From: an uncultured Lachnospiraceae bacterium
GTDB taxonomy: Bacteria > Bacillota > Clostridia > Lachnospirales > Lachnospiraceae
Length of the DNA: 64,000 bases
Assembly (NCBI GenBank): GCA_964389835.1
Contig: CAYMEZ010000010.1
Span: forward strand, 284-64,283
Direction of reading: 5' to 3'
A program made the position numbers and the translations under genes. Positions 40,523 to 49,529 of the stretch are shown here, in pieces (the stretch's first letter is position 1; each line of letters opens with the position of its first letter). The notes beneath the pieces are model-generated. The model had not been told where the DNA came from. It saw only the letters and a list, made by a program, of their open reading frames with translations, and did not search any database.

Positions 40523-42589
40523 CTAGAGCCCTCTTCTGCGGCGCTCTGTGTCCATCCTCTTTTCCAGCTTACCGTATACCTGCTCCGATATACTGCCTAG
40601 CTGTCTCTGCATCTTATCTGTGATCATCTGTACCAGTTCCTCATTCTGCCTTGTCTGCATTTCATTGATACGGCTGTTGACGATCTCATGAGAAACATTT
40701 TTCTCTATAACCTGCTCTGTTACCTGCTCCTGCTGTACCGTATGGGTACGCTGCAGTCCCCGGAGCTCCTCCAGCATTTCTTCCTCCAGAGTGTTCTCCT
40801 CCTGCTTATAAACGATCTCAGCACGTTCAATGCGCCTTTGCATTTCCTGTCTTGTCTGCCGGAGGTTTTCTGGCAGATATTCCTTAAACAGCTGTCTGGT
40901 TTCTTCCTGGCGGATGCTTTCCCTGGTCAGCTCCTGGCTTTTATGTATCAGCTCAGTCTGAACCTCCTGCTCATGCTGGCGGATGTCCTGCAGCAATCTC
41001 GTCTCTCCCTGTCCGGGCAGCTGGGACAGCCCAGCATACTGAGGAGATTTCTGATATTTTTCAAGGGTTTCAAAGATCCGCAGGGTCTCTTCTCCAAATA
41101 TCTTTGTCAGCTGCTCTCGTTCTACTATCTCCTGCTGTTCAACCCTTGTCTGGCTTTCCAGATAATCCAGCATAACTGCTTCCGGCTCAGAAAGCACTCT
41201 GAGAGCATCCTCTCTTGCCTTTGACCGGTTTACCCGCAGAGGTTCTTTTTCTTCCCTTGTCTGGATATTCAGCTGCTGCAAAAGCTGCTGATTGTGAATA
41301 TTGTTCTGATTGATCTGTTCCAGCTGGTTCTTTAACAGATTTTCCTGTACTGTCAGGGACTGTATCTGCTGTCCATGCTGCTCTGTTTTTTGTATCTTAT
41401 TGTAAATCTGCTCTGGAGATCCTGAAAGCCTCTGCTCTTCCTGTTCAGCCCCTTCTCCATCCTGCTGCAGATAGGTCAGGCTCTGACTGATCATTTCTTC
41501 TGGGCGGACATCATACGATGTATGATACTGCTTCTCCTCTAACAGCTGCTGCAGTGCATGAATCTCATGCTTCTGATACTGCTGCACGCTCTTGCTGTAT
41601 ACATCCGCATCTCTTCCAGTTAGAAAGCTCTGATTATGATAGGTTTCAAACCTGCGGAAGGTATTTTCTGCTGCCTGATAAACAGCTCCTGCAAGCTGAT
41701 ACCAGACATTGTCCTGCTTTACCAGCTCATCTACCCGCAGTGCATACATCTGATGAATCGCATTTAACAGCACTGCTTGGATCATCTGATTCATTGTCTG
41801 TGCATTGTTTTCGTAAATGCTTTCTCCCTCGCCCATTTCATAAGCATTGATGTAATGGTATACAAGGGGCTGCTCCTCCATCATGGTATAGTTCCGCAGC
41901 TTATTTAGCAAAATGTTCTGGGCAGTTACGGTCTGCTCCGCGATCTGCATTTCAGAGCCGGAAATACTCTGGTAATGATTTGCAGTGGTAGAAATGTAAT
42001 TGCGCAGCTCCTGATACAGCGCTCCTGTCTGCAAACGATTCATGATCTGCTGATGCAGCCAGAGCACATTTTCCTGCTCCTTCTCTTTTTCTTCCTCCTG
42101 CCCTGCCTGCTCCTGTTTTGCCTGCAGCTGCCGATACTCCAAAAGTCCTGCAACAGCTTCCTGCTCAGACCAGTAAAGGTCTGTCAGATAGCTGACATTT
42201 CTGGTTTCCTCAGACAGATTCTGCACCTGCCTGATAAATGCCTGTACGTCTGTTACCCCCATTTTTTTCAGAATCGCTTCGATAAACACCTGATCCTGAT
42301 AAGTCATCTGGTAGGTATCTGCCACCAGAATGCGGTTCAGCACATTATTGATCACATCCAGCTTGAAATTCTGATTTTCATAAACAGTCTGATTGCCAAC
42401 CAGTGCTGTCATGCCGCCCTCAGCAAGATACACCTCCGGCGGTGCTGAAACAAAATGCAGCATATCCTCAGCCTCAAGACCATTTCCAATGATCTGATAG
42501 TTTCCCAACAGCCGCTGGGTAAAGTTGTCATTGACCGTTAAAATGGAGGGATTCACAGTCAGCCCAATGGGGGTGTGTATTGTCAGCAT
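40523..42589 (-). CDS. Gln/Glu-rich helical protein, tape-measure candidate
   Basis: Q/E-rich coiled-coil composition; lies between the chaperone/tube genes and the initiator genes; C-terminus VYGKLEKRMDTERRRRG. Confidence 0.5.
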   Translation of the reverse strand: MLTIHTPIGLTVNPSILTVNDNFTQRLLGNYQIIGNGLEAEDMLHFVSAPPEVYLAEGGMTALVGNQTVYENQNFKLDVINNVLNRILVADTYQMTYQDQVFIEAILKKMGVTDVQAFIRQVQNLSEETRNVSYLTDLYWSEQEAVAGLLEYRQLQAKQEQAGQEEEKEKEQENVLWLHQQIMNRLQTGALYQELRNYISTTANHYQSISGSEMQIAEQTVTAQNILLNKLRNYTMMEEQPLVYHYINAYEMGEGESIYENNAQTMNQMIQAVLLNAIHQMYALRVDELVKQDNVWYQLAGAVYQAAENTFRRFETYHNQSFLTGRDADVYSKSVQQYQKHEIHALQQLLEEKQYHTSYDVRPEEMISQSLTYLQQDGEGAEQEEQRLSGSPEQIYNKIQKTEQHGQQIQSLTVQENLLKNQLEQINQNNIHNQQLLQQLNIQTREEKEPLRVNRSKAREDALRVLSEPEAVMLDYLESQTRVEQQEIVEREQLTKIFGEETLRIFETLEKYQKSPQYAGLSQLPGQGETRLLQDIRQHEQEVQTELIHKSQELTRESIRQEETRQLFKEYLPENLRQTRQEMQRRIERAEIVYKQEENTLEEEMLEELRGLQRTHTVQQEQVTEQVIEKNVSHEIVNSRINEMQTRQNEELVQMITDKMQRQLGSISEQVYGKLEKRMDTERRRRGL

Positions 42590-42626
42590 GCTGTTTCTCT
42601 CCTTTCCGTCATTTTATCAGCTGTCA

Positions 42627-44753
42627 TCAATGCTTTTTCAGAAAATCAGTGATCTGCTTTGCACTTTTTTGTTTTGGCCAGAGCCTTGCCTCTGGTGTTT
42701 TCATGGTCTTACGGGTTGCACTTGAGGCCTTCGGCCAAAGCCTTGCCTCCGGTGTCTTCATGGACTTACTTGCTGCGCTCTTTTCATCCGGCCAGAGCTT
42801 TGCGTTCTTTTCCATATCCGCTTTTCGCTTTTCACCGCTATTATGCTGTGCCGCAGTATAACCTGCTCCATCAGGAGCCTTGGCAGAATGAGTATATTTC
42901 TTTGCCTTTTTTTCCATTTCTCCCATTGACAGCTCCTGCTCATTATGCCGTGCTGAGCTGTACTTCTTTGCTTCACTGCTGTGGCTGTACTTTCTGCTGG
43001 CGCTGCCGCCCATTGCCTTTTTCGTGGCTTCTAGTTCCTGCTTTTCTTTATCGTCTGTTGCCGCACCGATCTGTTTATCTATCTCTGCGTTATAATCCGT
43101 TGCATACCTCTTATAGTCCTTACCAAACCGCTTGGAATCGCTGTTGCCTGGATCCCACTGATTTTCTGCCGCCAGCTTCTCCATTGCCGTCTTGGTCTTT
43201 TCATCCTCATTGTGCCGTGCTGAGCTGTATTTCTTTGCTTCACTGCTGTGGCTGTACTTTCTGCTGGTGCTGCCGCCCATTGCCTTTTTCGTAGCTTCCA
43301 GCTCCTGCTTTTCTTCATTCTCTGTTGCGGCTTCGATCTGTTTATCTATCTCTGCGTTATAATCTGTTGCATACCTCTTATAATCCTTACCAAAATGCCT
43401 GGACGCTTCATCGCCTGGATCCCACTGATTTTCTGCTGCCAGCTTCTCCATTTCCTTCTTGGTCTTTTCATCCTCGTTGTGCCGTGCTGAGCTGTATTTC
43501 TTTGCTTCACTGCTATGGCTGTACTTTCTGCTGGCGCTGCCGCCCATTGCCTTTTTCGTAGCTTCCAGCTCTTGCTTTTCTTTATCATCTGTTGCCGCAC
43601 CGATCTGTTTATCTATCTCTGCGTTATGATCTGTAACATATTGCTCATAATCCTTACCAAAGTGCTTGGATTCTTCATTCCCCGGATCCCACTGATTTTC
43701 TGCTGCCAGCTTCTCCATTGCCGCTTTTCGCTTTTCCTCACTGTTATGCTTTGCTGCGGTATATTCTCCCTCTGCCGGCAGCTCCCCGGTAAAAGCATAT
43801 CTATGGGCGTTTGCATTTTCCTCCATTGCCGCGATCCGCTTTTCCTCACTGTTATGCTTTGCCGCAGTATATTCTCCCTCTGCCGGCAGATTGCCGGTAA
43901 AAGCATACCTGTGGGTCTTTGCACCTTCCTCCATTGCTTCTTTTCTCTTTTCAACGGGGTTATGCTTTGCCGCAGTATATTCTCCCTCTGCTGGCATTTT
44001 TCCAGTATAGACATACCTGTGCTTCAGTGCTTCTGCCTCCATTTTAGTGGAAGAGTTATATTCTGTCTCCCATTCCTTGTTCAGAAGATTGGAATTGTAT
44101 CTTCGAGGTCCCTTTCCTTCTCGCTTCTTTCCATCAAATTTCCATGTATCCCCTTCCAGTGTTTCAGATGGAATATCCAGACAGACCATTTCACGATAAG
44201 CAATGGTCACTGTCTCGATCAACAGACCGCTTGCCTCCGCATTCAGTTCTCCATAATCCTTAGCGATCACAGTGCAGCCTGTAAATGCATAGGTACGCAC
44301 CGGCTTCAGCTGGGGAAAACAATATTTGTTCACAAAAAGGATCACCGGAAGCACCAACTCTGTCCCTAAGGGCATAGGGTCGATCCAGTTCACTCCCACG
44401 TATCTCTCTACCCGGAAGGTACAGGGCTTACTAAGGGGCTTACGCTTTAAATGAACGTAATCATTGAGTCCGCCCTCCTGTATATAATCAAATTCATTTT
44501 CCCGCTGGATACCCTTGACCGATTTGCAGGGCAGATCAAATACACCCTCAATGCGAAGCATAAACGCAAAGTTAATGACCGGATTGGTTCCTGTATTGAC
44601 CACCAGCTTATTGCCCCAGTCTGATCTGCCGCCCAGCTCTGTGCCATCTGCCAGTTCACTGATACTGGTCACTGCGGATGCTTCTGTTGTAGTTGTGGCT
44701 GCATCTCCATCTGTAGTTCCATTTGCATTTGTATTTGTCGTTTCGTCTGCCAT
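42627..44753 (-). CDS. Second tail-tube (gp19-like) domain with ~500 aa repetitive C-terminal extension
   Basis: NPVINFAF...IQEGGLNDYVH...YGELNA...IETVTIAY tube motifs, followed by tandem repeats. Confidence 0.8.
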   Translation of the reverse strand: MADETTNTNANGTTDGDAATTTTEASAVTSISELADGTELGGRSDWGNKLVVNTGTNPVINFAFMLRIEGVFDLPCKSVKGIQRENEFDYIQEGGLNDYVHLKRKPLSKPCTFRVERYVGVNWIDPMPLGTELVLPVILFVNKYCFPQLKPVRTYAFTGCTVIAKDYGELNAEASGLLIETVTIAYREMVCLDIPSETLEGDTWKFDGKKREGKGPRRYNSNLLNKEWETEYNSSTKMEAEALKHRYVYTGKMPAEGEYTAAKHNPVEKRKEAMEEGAKTHRYAFTGNLPAEGEYTAAKHNSEEKRIAAMEENANAHRYAFTGELPAEGEYTAAKHNSEEKRKAAMEKLAAENQWDPGNEESKHFGKDYEQYVTDHNAEIDKQIGAATDDKEKQELEATKKAMGGSASRKYSHSSEAKKYSSARHNEDEKTKKEMEKLAAENQWDPGDEASRHFGKDYKRYATDYNAEIDKQIEAATENEEKQELEATKKAMGGSTSRKYSHSSEAKKYSSARHNEDEKTKTAMEKLAAENQWDPGNSDSKRFGKDYKRYATDYNAEIDKQIGAATDDKEKQELEATKKAMGGSASRKYSHSSEAKKYSSARHNEQELSMGEMEKKAKKYTHSAKAPDGAGYTAAQHNSGEKRKADMEKNAKLWPDEKSAASKSMKTPEARLWPKASSATRKTMKTPEARLWPKQKSAKQITDFLKKH
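42940..43720 (-). repeat. Three 267-bp (89 aa) coding tandem repeats
   Basis: GGATCCCACTG recurs at 43150, 43417 and 43684; unit MEKLAAENQWDPG...KKYSSARHNE. Confidence 0.95.
43715..44025 (-). repeat. Three 108-bp (36 aa) coding tandem repeats
   Basis: ATATTCTCCC recurs at 43761, 43869 and 43977; unit HRYxxTGxxPAEGEYTAAKHN. Confidence 0.95.
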
Positions 44754-44777
44754 TTCTGCTGCTTCCTCCCACTTTTA

Positions 44778-44957
44778 TTATCTGGTCGGTTTCATATCTA
44801 AAATGCTCTTTTCCTTGCTTTTTTTCGAGGGATTAATGCTCTTATGTATCTCAGAAATCTCTCTGCACCACCGTCGTCTGCTGCGATGATCCAGCTCCAT
44901 GACCTCCTGATTTCCCCAGTGGAAATAATAGGATAAAAACGCCATTTCCTGATACAT
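44778..44957 (-). CDS. DUF6760-like small protein (59 aa; probable frameshift extension of the tail chaperone)
   Basis: Hand translation MYQEMAFLSYYFHWGNQEVMELDHRSRRRWCREISEIH...; below the ORF-track length cutoff. Confidence 0.75.
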   Translation of the reverse strand: MYQEMAFLSYYFHWGNQEVMELDHRSRRRWCREISEIHKSINPSKKSKEKSILDMKPTR

Positions 44958-44977
44958 TGCATCCTTAGGATAGAGTC

Positions 44978-45340
44978 TTAACCCTCCATAGTAAAATTTA
45001 CCGGTGTCTCGATCGTCTCACCACAATGCGGGCACACCACCTTCATCACAGGCGGTTCTACATCATTGATCTTCTGGTACATATCCTGCAGGAAAGCAAG
45101 GTCAGCTGTAAACAGCTTTTCGATCACGTTGGGAGTTACCATTGCAAGCCCTTCCAGCTCAGTGATCACCTTGCCTAATACCACTATAGTCAGATAGGAT
45201 GGATTGCTGAGTACACGAGGATCCCTAGTAGCACTGATCTCATCTCCTGCCGTTGCCAGACGCATCTTACCCCGTCTGTGGATTTCTCCATTTCCATCCA
45301 CATATCCCTTTGGAAGTGTAAATTCATATACTGTTTCCAT
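44978..45340 (-). CDS. Tail assembly chaperone
   Basis: FTLPKGYVD...MRLATAGDEI...LFTADLAFLQDMY...CPHCG. Confidence 0.85.
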   Translation of the reverse strand: METVYEFTLPKGYVDGNGEIHRRGKMRLATAGDEISATRDPRVLSNPSYLTIVVLGKVITELEGLAMVTPNVIEKLFTADLAFLQDMYQKINDVEPPVMKVVCPHCGETIETPVNFTMEG

Positions 45341-45456
45341 GCTGTTTCCTCCTGTTTTTTATCCTTTCATCTCATAGAAAAAGCCTTGTTCTGACCATAA
45401 ACAAATCCTTTTCTATAAGATCAACCCTCTTCTTTCATAAGACCTTTTTGTACCAT

Positions 45457-45488
45457 ACGGAGCGTAAGACTGCTGCCTTACGCTCCGT
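45457..45488. other. Perfect 12-bp stem-loop downstream of the tube gene
   Basis: ACGGAGCGTAAG-8 nt-CTTACGCTCCGT; no U-tract follows on the minus strand. Confidence 0.8.
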
Positions 45489-45504
45489 CCGGCACTTAAG
45501 CTGC

Positions 45505-46005
45505 CTAGTTAGGAATGATCAATTCTTCATAGGCAATTTCAACTGTTTCGATCGCAACCTCACTTTGCAGTGCATTTAAATCCGGTGCGGTATATTTGGT
45601 TACCCATGCATTGGTCAGCTGCCATACTCTCGTACCGGTTACAGCAGTTGCTACGGTCTGAGGTGCTCCACCGTTAATATCGATCATTTCGATCTGAACG
45701 GTGTATCTCGGCATCTGGCCTCTTGCCTCGCTGACACACTCCTGAATCCATGTCTTGAATGCGCTGTCCAGTGTGTAGCCCATTTTTAATGTTACGTTGC
45801 CATGCTTTACAAGTCCCGGAATCTTTACCGGTGCAAGGCTGTTTGCGTTGCCCTGACGGAACTCGATGACATCTACGGTTGCTTCAATTCCTGTTACCTC
45901 GCTGAAAGCTGCTGTTCCTTCTACCTGATCTACATGAACAAGGAAGTTCATTTTTGTCAGGGGGTAGGACAACTGTGAATCTGTTTGATATGCAGTTGCT
46001 GCCAT
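45505..46005 (-). CDS. Tail tube protein (T4 gp19-like)
   Basis: YPL...FSEVTG...IEFRQG...KIPGLVKHGNVTLKMG...NAWVTKY...DLNA...AIETVEIAYE. Confidence 0.95.
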   Translation of the reverse strand: MAATAYQTDSQLSYPLTKMNFLVHVDQVEGTAAFSEVTGIEATVDVIEFRQGNANSLAPVKIPGLVKHGNVTLKMGYTLDSAFKTWIQECVSEARGQMPRYTVQIEMIDINGGAPQTVATAVTGTRVWQLTNAWVTKYTAPDLNALQSEVAIETVEIAYEELIIPN

Positions 46006-46054
46006 AATCCTCTACTCCTTTTCTATCTTAGTCTTGTGTTTTCTGCTTCCTGAT

Positions 46055-47758
46055 TTATTCCTCTTCGCCGCCGCCAGCTGCTTCTGCTGTATGCTGTGTT
46101 ACGCGGAAGATCACGAACTCTGCAGGACGGGAAGGTGCGATACCGATATTACAGATCAAACGTCCATTCATAATATCGTCCTTGCTCATTGTAGATGGCC
46201 CGATCTCTACAAAATATGCTTCTGCTGCGGAACCACCTGCCAGCATGCCATTTCTCCACATCGTATCAAGGAAGTTTGAAATCGTCATCTGTACTCTCTG
46301 CCACAGGGTTACATCATTGGGCTCAAATACAACCCAGTTGGTATTTGCCTTAATGCTTTCCTCAACAAAGATAAAGAGACGTCTTACATTGACATATTTG
46401 AAGTTGGAGTTGCTGCTTGCTGTTCTTGCGCCCCATACGCGGATGCCCTGTCCCGGGATCGCGCGGATCAGGTTTACACCTGCCGGGTTTAAAATGTCCT
46501 GCTCATCCTTGTTGTAATTTACCTTCAGTCCGGTACAGAATACTGTTTCATTTGCCGGAGCCTTATGTACGCCGCGGTTCATATCTGTTCTGGAGTAAAC
46601 ACCCATAACAGCTCCTGACGGAGGGATGAAATCCGGTTTGTTGGAGGAACGGTCAAATACCTGGATCCATGGATGATACATTGCTGCATAGGTGGTATCG
46701 ATCATTTCACGATACTGAAGCAGATCCTTGGTTTTGTACATTTCCTTAGGCATATCCAGTACTGCAAAGCGGCTCTTTAAGCCTTCGCAATGTCCTACAA
46801 GTGCTACGATCACCTCAGGAATGGTCACACCCGGAATCGCAAGCATGCTGACTGTGCTGTTTTCTACAAAGGATGCAAGACCTGTACGTTTGCCCGGTCC
46901 ATTGTCCTCACCGATAAAGGTGCCTGCATTTACTTTGCTGATAGAGCCATCTGTACCGCCATCCAGTGTAAACATACCGCTGGTGTTGCCCTCTCCAAGA
47001 ATTGCTTCTACCGGATTAGCAATGTTCTCTACAACATCTACTGTTACCTTAACTAACTCGCTGTTAGCCAGACGATATCCAAAGAAATTAGGATTTGCCA
47101 CATTTGTGCTCAGTCCTGTATAATTCTCTACCTCTTCTGCATAGCGGATGCTCATATCTGTTTCTACCAGATAAACCACTGTTGTAGGGATCAGGGCAGT
47201 ATCAACTACCTCTCCCTTAAATTCCTGTTCAAATACAATGCTGTTGTCAAAAATGCTCTTGATGCGGTTATATTCTTCTCCTGCTACTACAAGGTCGCCC
47301 TCGCGGAAGCCATCAATAACCTTTGCAACATATGCTTCGCCATTTTTGCCAACAAGCTGCATTTTGCGCTTGGTCACAGTGTTTAATGTGATCTGGATCT
47401 TGTTGCCCCATTTTCCTTCATTTGCTGCTACAACATCCAGAAAGCCCTTCTTTACAGAAGCCTTTTTTGCATCCTTAGGAATAACACGGGATACATAGCA
47501 GCGGGTTCCTCCGTTTGCGAAGAACTGCTCTACGCTGGGTGCCAGATAACGGTATTCCCCATAGCCAAACTCGCTTAACGGGCCTCCGAACTGTTTTACA
47601 AAGCTTCTGTAGCTTGTTACAAGACTTGGTGCTCCAAGTGTGTCACCTTTCTCAGCAAAGCCCACAAAGCCTGCCGTAGATGTTCCTACACCTTCCATCG
47701 CTCTGGGTGAATTATCATACTCTTCTACATATACACCCGGTGAAAAATATTCTGCCAT
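46055..47758 (-). CDS. Contractile tail sheath protein
   Basis: YFSPGVYVEE, FFANGG, PPSG...GVHKAPAN, WGART, YVNVRR, WVVFEPND, PAEFVIFR. Confidence 0.97.
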   Translation of the reverse strand: MAEYFSPGVYVEEYDNSPRAMEGVGTSTAGFVGFAEKGDTLGAPSLVTSYRSFVKQFGGPLSEFGYGEYRYLAPSVEQFFANGGTRCYVSRVIPKDAKKASVKKGFLDVVAANEGKWGNKIQITLNTVTKRKMQLVGKNGEAYVAKVIDGFREGDLVVAGEEYNRIKSIFDNSIVFEQEFKGEVVDTALIPTTVVYLVETDMSIRYAEEVENYTGLSTNVANPNFFGYRLANSELVKVTVDVVENIANPVEAILGEGNTSGMFTLDGGTDGSISKVNAGTFIGEDNGPGKRTGLASFVENSTVSMLAIPGVTIPEVIVALVGHCEGLKSRFAVLDMPKEMYKTKDLLQYREMIDTTYAAMYHPWIQVFDRSSNKPDFIPPSGAVMGVYSRTDMNRGVHKAPANETVFCTGLKVNYNKDEQDILNPAGVNLIRAIPGQGIRVWGARTASSNSNFKYVNVRRLFIFVEESIKANTNWVVFEPNDVTLWQRVQMTISNFLDTMWRNGMLAGGSAAEAYFVEIGPSTMSKDDIMNGRLICNIGIAPSRPAEFVIFRVTQHTAEAAGGGEEE

Positions 47759-47788
47759 TTTGTTAGCTCCTTTCTATTCGTTTCTTTG

Positions 47789-48178
47789 TTATACCAGAAC
47801 CTTCGACTGTCCCGGCATCATGATCCTTATTGTTCCGGCTCCTAAGCCGCACATCAGGGTGGCCTCATTTGTCAGGCAAGGACATCCCCCTGCCATAGCC
47901 TTAGGGTTTGAAGGAATCCATGTTCCTGCTGGTGTCATGGTACAGGGCTGCGGTGTCAGCACTCCCAGGGCTGCCGCTGTTGCAGCTGCTACTGCAGGAT
48001 TTGCCAGTGAACTGCACATACCAAAGGGCTGCAGATTTACATACGGTTTCATATCCTGTATGGTCGCCACCGGTTTTCCTTCCGCGAGGACGGTGGTCTG
48101 CGATGTTACCTGAAGGTTGCAGGGTGCTGTTCCAAAGGAACACATACACTGTGCACCTGCTACTGCTACGATTCCCAT
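47789..48178 (-). CDS. PAAR-like spike tip (DUF4280)
   Basis: GAQCMCSFG...PFGMCSSLANP...PCTM...W...LMC. Confidence 0.9.
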   Translation of the reverse strand: MGIVAVAGAQCMCSFGTAPCNLQVTSQTTVLAEGKPVATIQDMKPYVNLQPFGMCSSLANPAVAAATAAALGVLTPQPCTMTPAGTWIPSNPKAMAGGCPCLTNEATLMCGLGAGTIRIMMPGQSKVLV

Positions 48179-48181
48179 TTC

Positions 48182-48928
48182 CTACTCCTCTTCTCCTGTG
48201 TCCTGCAGAAGCTGTATTGCTTCTGCCTTCACATGCTTAAATGATGCTTTCCCATTTACTACATAGCGGACCAGATATTCGGTTCCGCCTCCGTCCTCAA
48301 GCACGCGAAGCAGATATCTGCCGTCTGCATCTACCATGCCGCGTACAATGCGGGCGATTTTTGTTTCCGGTCTGCACACCGTCTGAAGCGGTGCATCCAG
48401 CCTTACGCTTAGCTTATCCAGCCTTTTTTTGATCCGGAATTCTTCAAATTCCTGCTGCTCCATATGGATGAGCGCATATGAACTTTCCTCCAGCTCTCTG
48501 GAATAAAACAGCTTTAACACCTGCTTCTTTTCCTGATAACTGGCAACTGCTCCATAGGATTTTTTCAGGGAAACAGCAGCGATCGAGGTCAGTCCCGGGC
48601 AATGCCCCTCAAAGGTCAGCATTTCTACAAAGCCTTTTGGACTTATCTCCGGAATCAGCGGTGCTTCCACCTCTGGAAAAGTCTCTGACAGTTCCTGGTA
48701 GTTTACCCTCAGCTCTATGGGCAGATAGCCTGTAGCTGATATTTCCAGTACCATGTCATTTCTTCCACGGTTCATCAGAACATATACACCCTCGTCCCGT
48801 TGCTGGAACGGAAGCACCTGCTCTGCCGTTTTGAAGATGACCTGTCTTTGTCTGACACTTTTTCCTGTGGTCGTATCCATGAGACGGACAATCAAATCCA
48901 ATTTGTAATGAATCTCAGCGTCTGCCAC
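48182..48928 (-). CDS. Hypothetical beta-rich CIS protein next to the cap gene
   Basis: GTG start abutting the DUF4255 stop; no clear family. Confidence 0.65.
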   Translation of the reverse strand: MADAEIHYKLDLIVRLMDTTTGKSVRQRQVIFKTAEQVLPFQQRDEGVYVLMNRGRNDMVLEISATGYLPIELRVNYQELSETFPEVEAPLIPEISPKGFVEMLTFEGHCPGLTSIAAVSLKKSYGAVASYQEKKQVLKLFYSRELEESSYALIHMEQQEFEEFRIKKRLDKLSVRLDAPLQTVCRPETKIARIVRGMVDADGRYLLRVLEDGGGTEYLVRYVVNGKASFKHVKAEAIQLLQDTGEEE

Positions 48929-49528
48929 TTAACCCTCTCGCCCCCTCTCTTTTCCCATAAGGTCAATCCCGAAGGATGCTTCACTGACACGAGGAGGTGA
49001 AACAACCAGCTCGCTGGATAGAAATACAGGTGCCGCCTTGTAAAACAGGCTGATCTGATAGGGCTTATTGATCGCCTGCCACACCCTTACCTTTTCCTCC
49101 AGTGCCATCTTCGCTTGAGACAGCACAATGGGAGGCTCTGAGGCATCCAGCCACGGCTGAAGCTCCTGAGGCCGCACAGAGCTGTTATCATTTACGATCT
49201 GTGCTACCCTGCCAATGATTTTTTGTATATCCGGTGCTTTTAGTCCCATCTGGGAAGAACCGTTGATAAACACCATATAATATAAACTATATGGTTTTGG
49301 CGGCTGTGCCAGCTGTATCTTTCCTTTGTCCACCATAGGCGGACGTGCTACCTGTGACTCTTCCTTGATCTCATATAGGTAAAGACCGATAATATAGTCT
49401 ACATCCTGTGATGCAGGAGAAGATATTTCTATATTATTGGGGGAAGGTACAGGCTCCGGGCACATCTTTTCACGCAGCGTTTTTACAATATAAGCACTTA
49501 CATCTGCAATAATCGTATAATCTGCCAT
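48929..49528 (-). CDS. DUF4255/Pvc16-like cap (tail terminator)
   Basis: IIADVS...ISSP...GLYLYEIKE...VWQAINKPYQISLFY; start MADYT at 49528. Confidence 0.85.
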   Translation of the reverse strand: MADYTIIADVSAYIVKTLREKMCPEPVPSPNNIEISSPASQDVDYIIGLYLYEIKEESQVARPPMVDKGKIQLAQPPKPYSLYYMVFINGSSQMGLKAPDIQKIIGRVAQIVNDNSSVRPQELQPWLDASEPPIVLSQAKMALEEKVRVWQAINKPYQISLFYKAAPVFLSSELVVSPPRVSEASFGIDLMGKERGREG

Positions 49529-49529
49529 T

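Noticed and set aside
42660-44025. CRISPR array
   Set aside because: The repeats are in-frame multiples of 3 (57, 108, 267 bp) with no unique spacers and no cas genes.
45457-45488. Intrinsic terminator
   Set aside because: No U-tract after the stem and the operon continues; kept as a probable stabilising hairpin.
29912-49528. Prophage
   Set aside because: No capsid, portal, terminase, integrase, replication or lysis genes; DUF4255 plus Afp15-like ATPases indicate a CIS.
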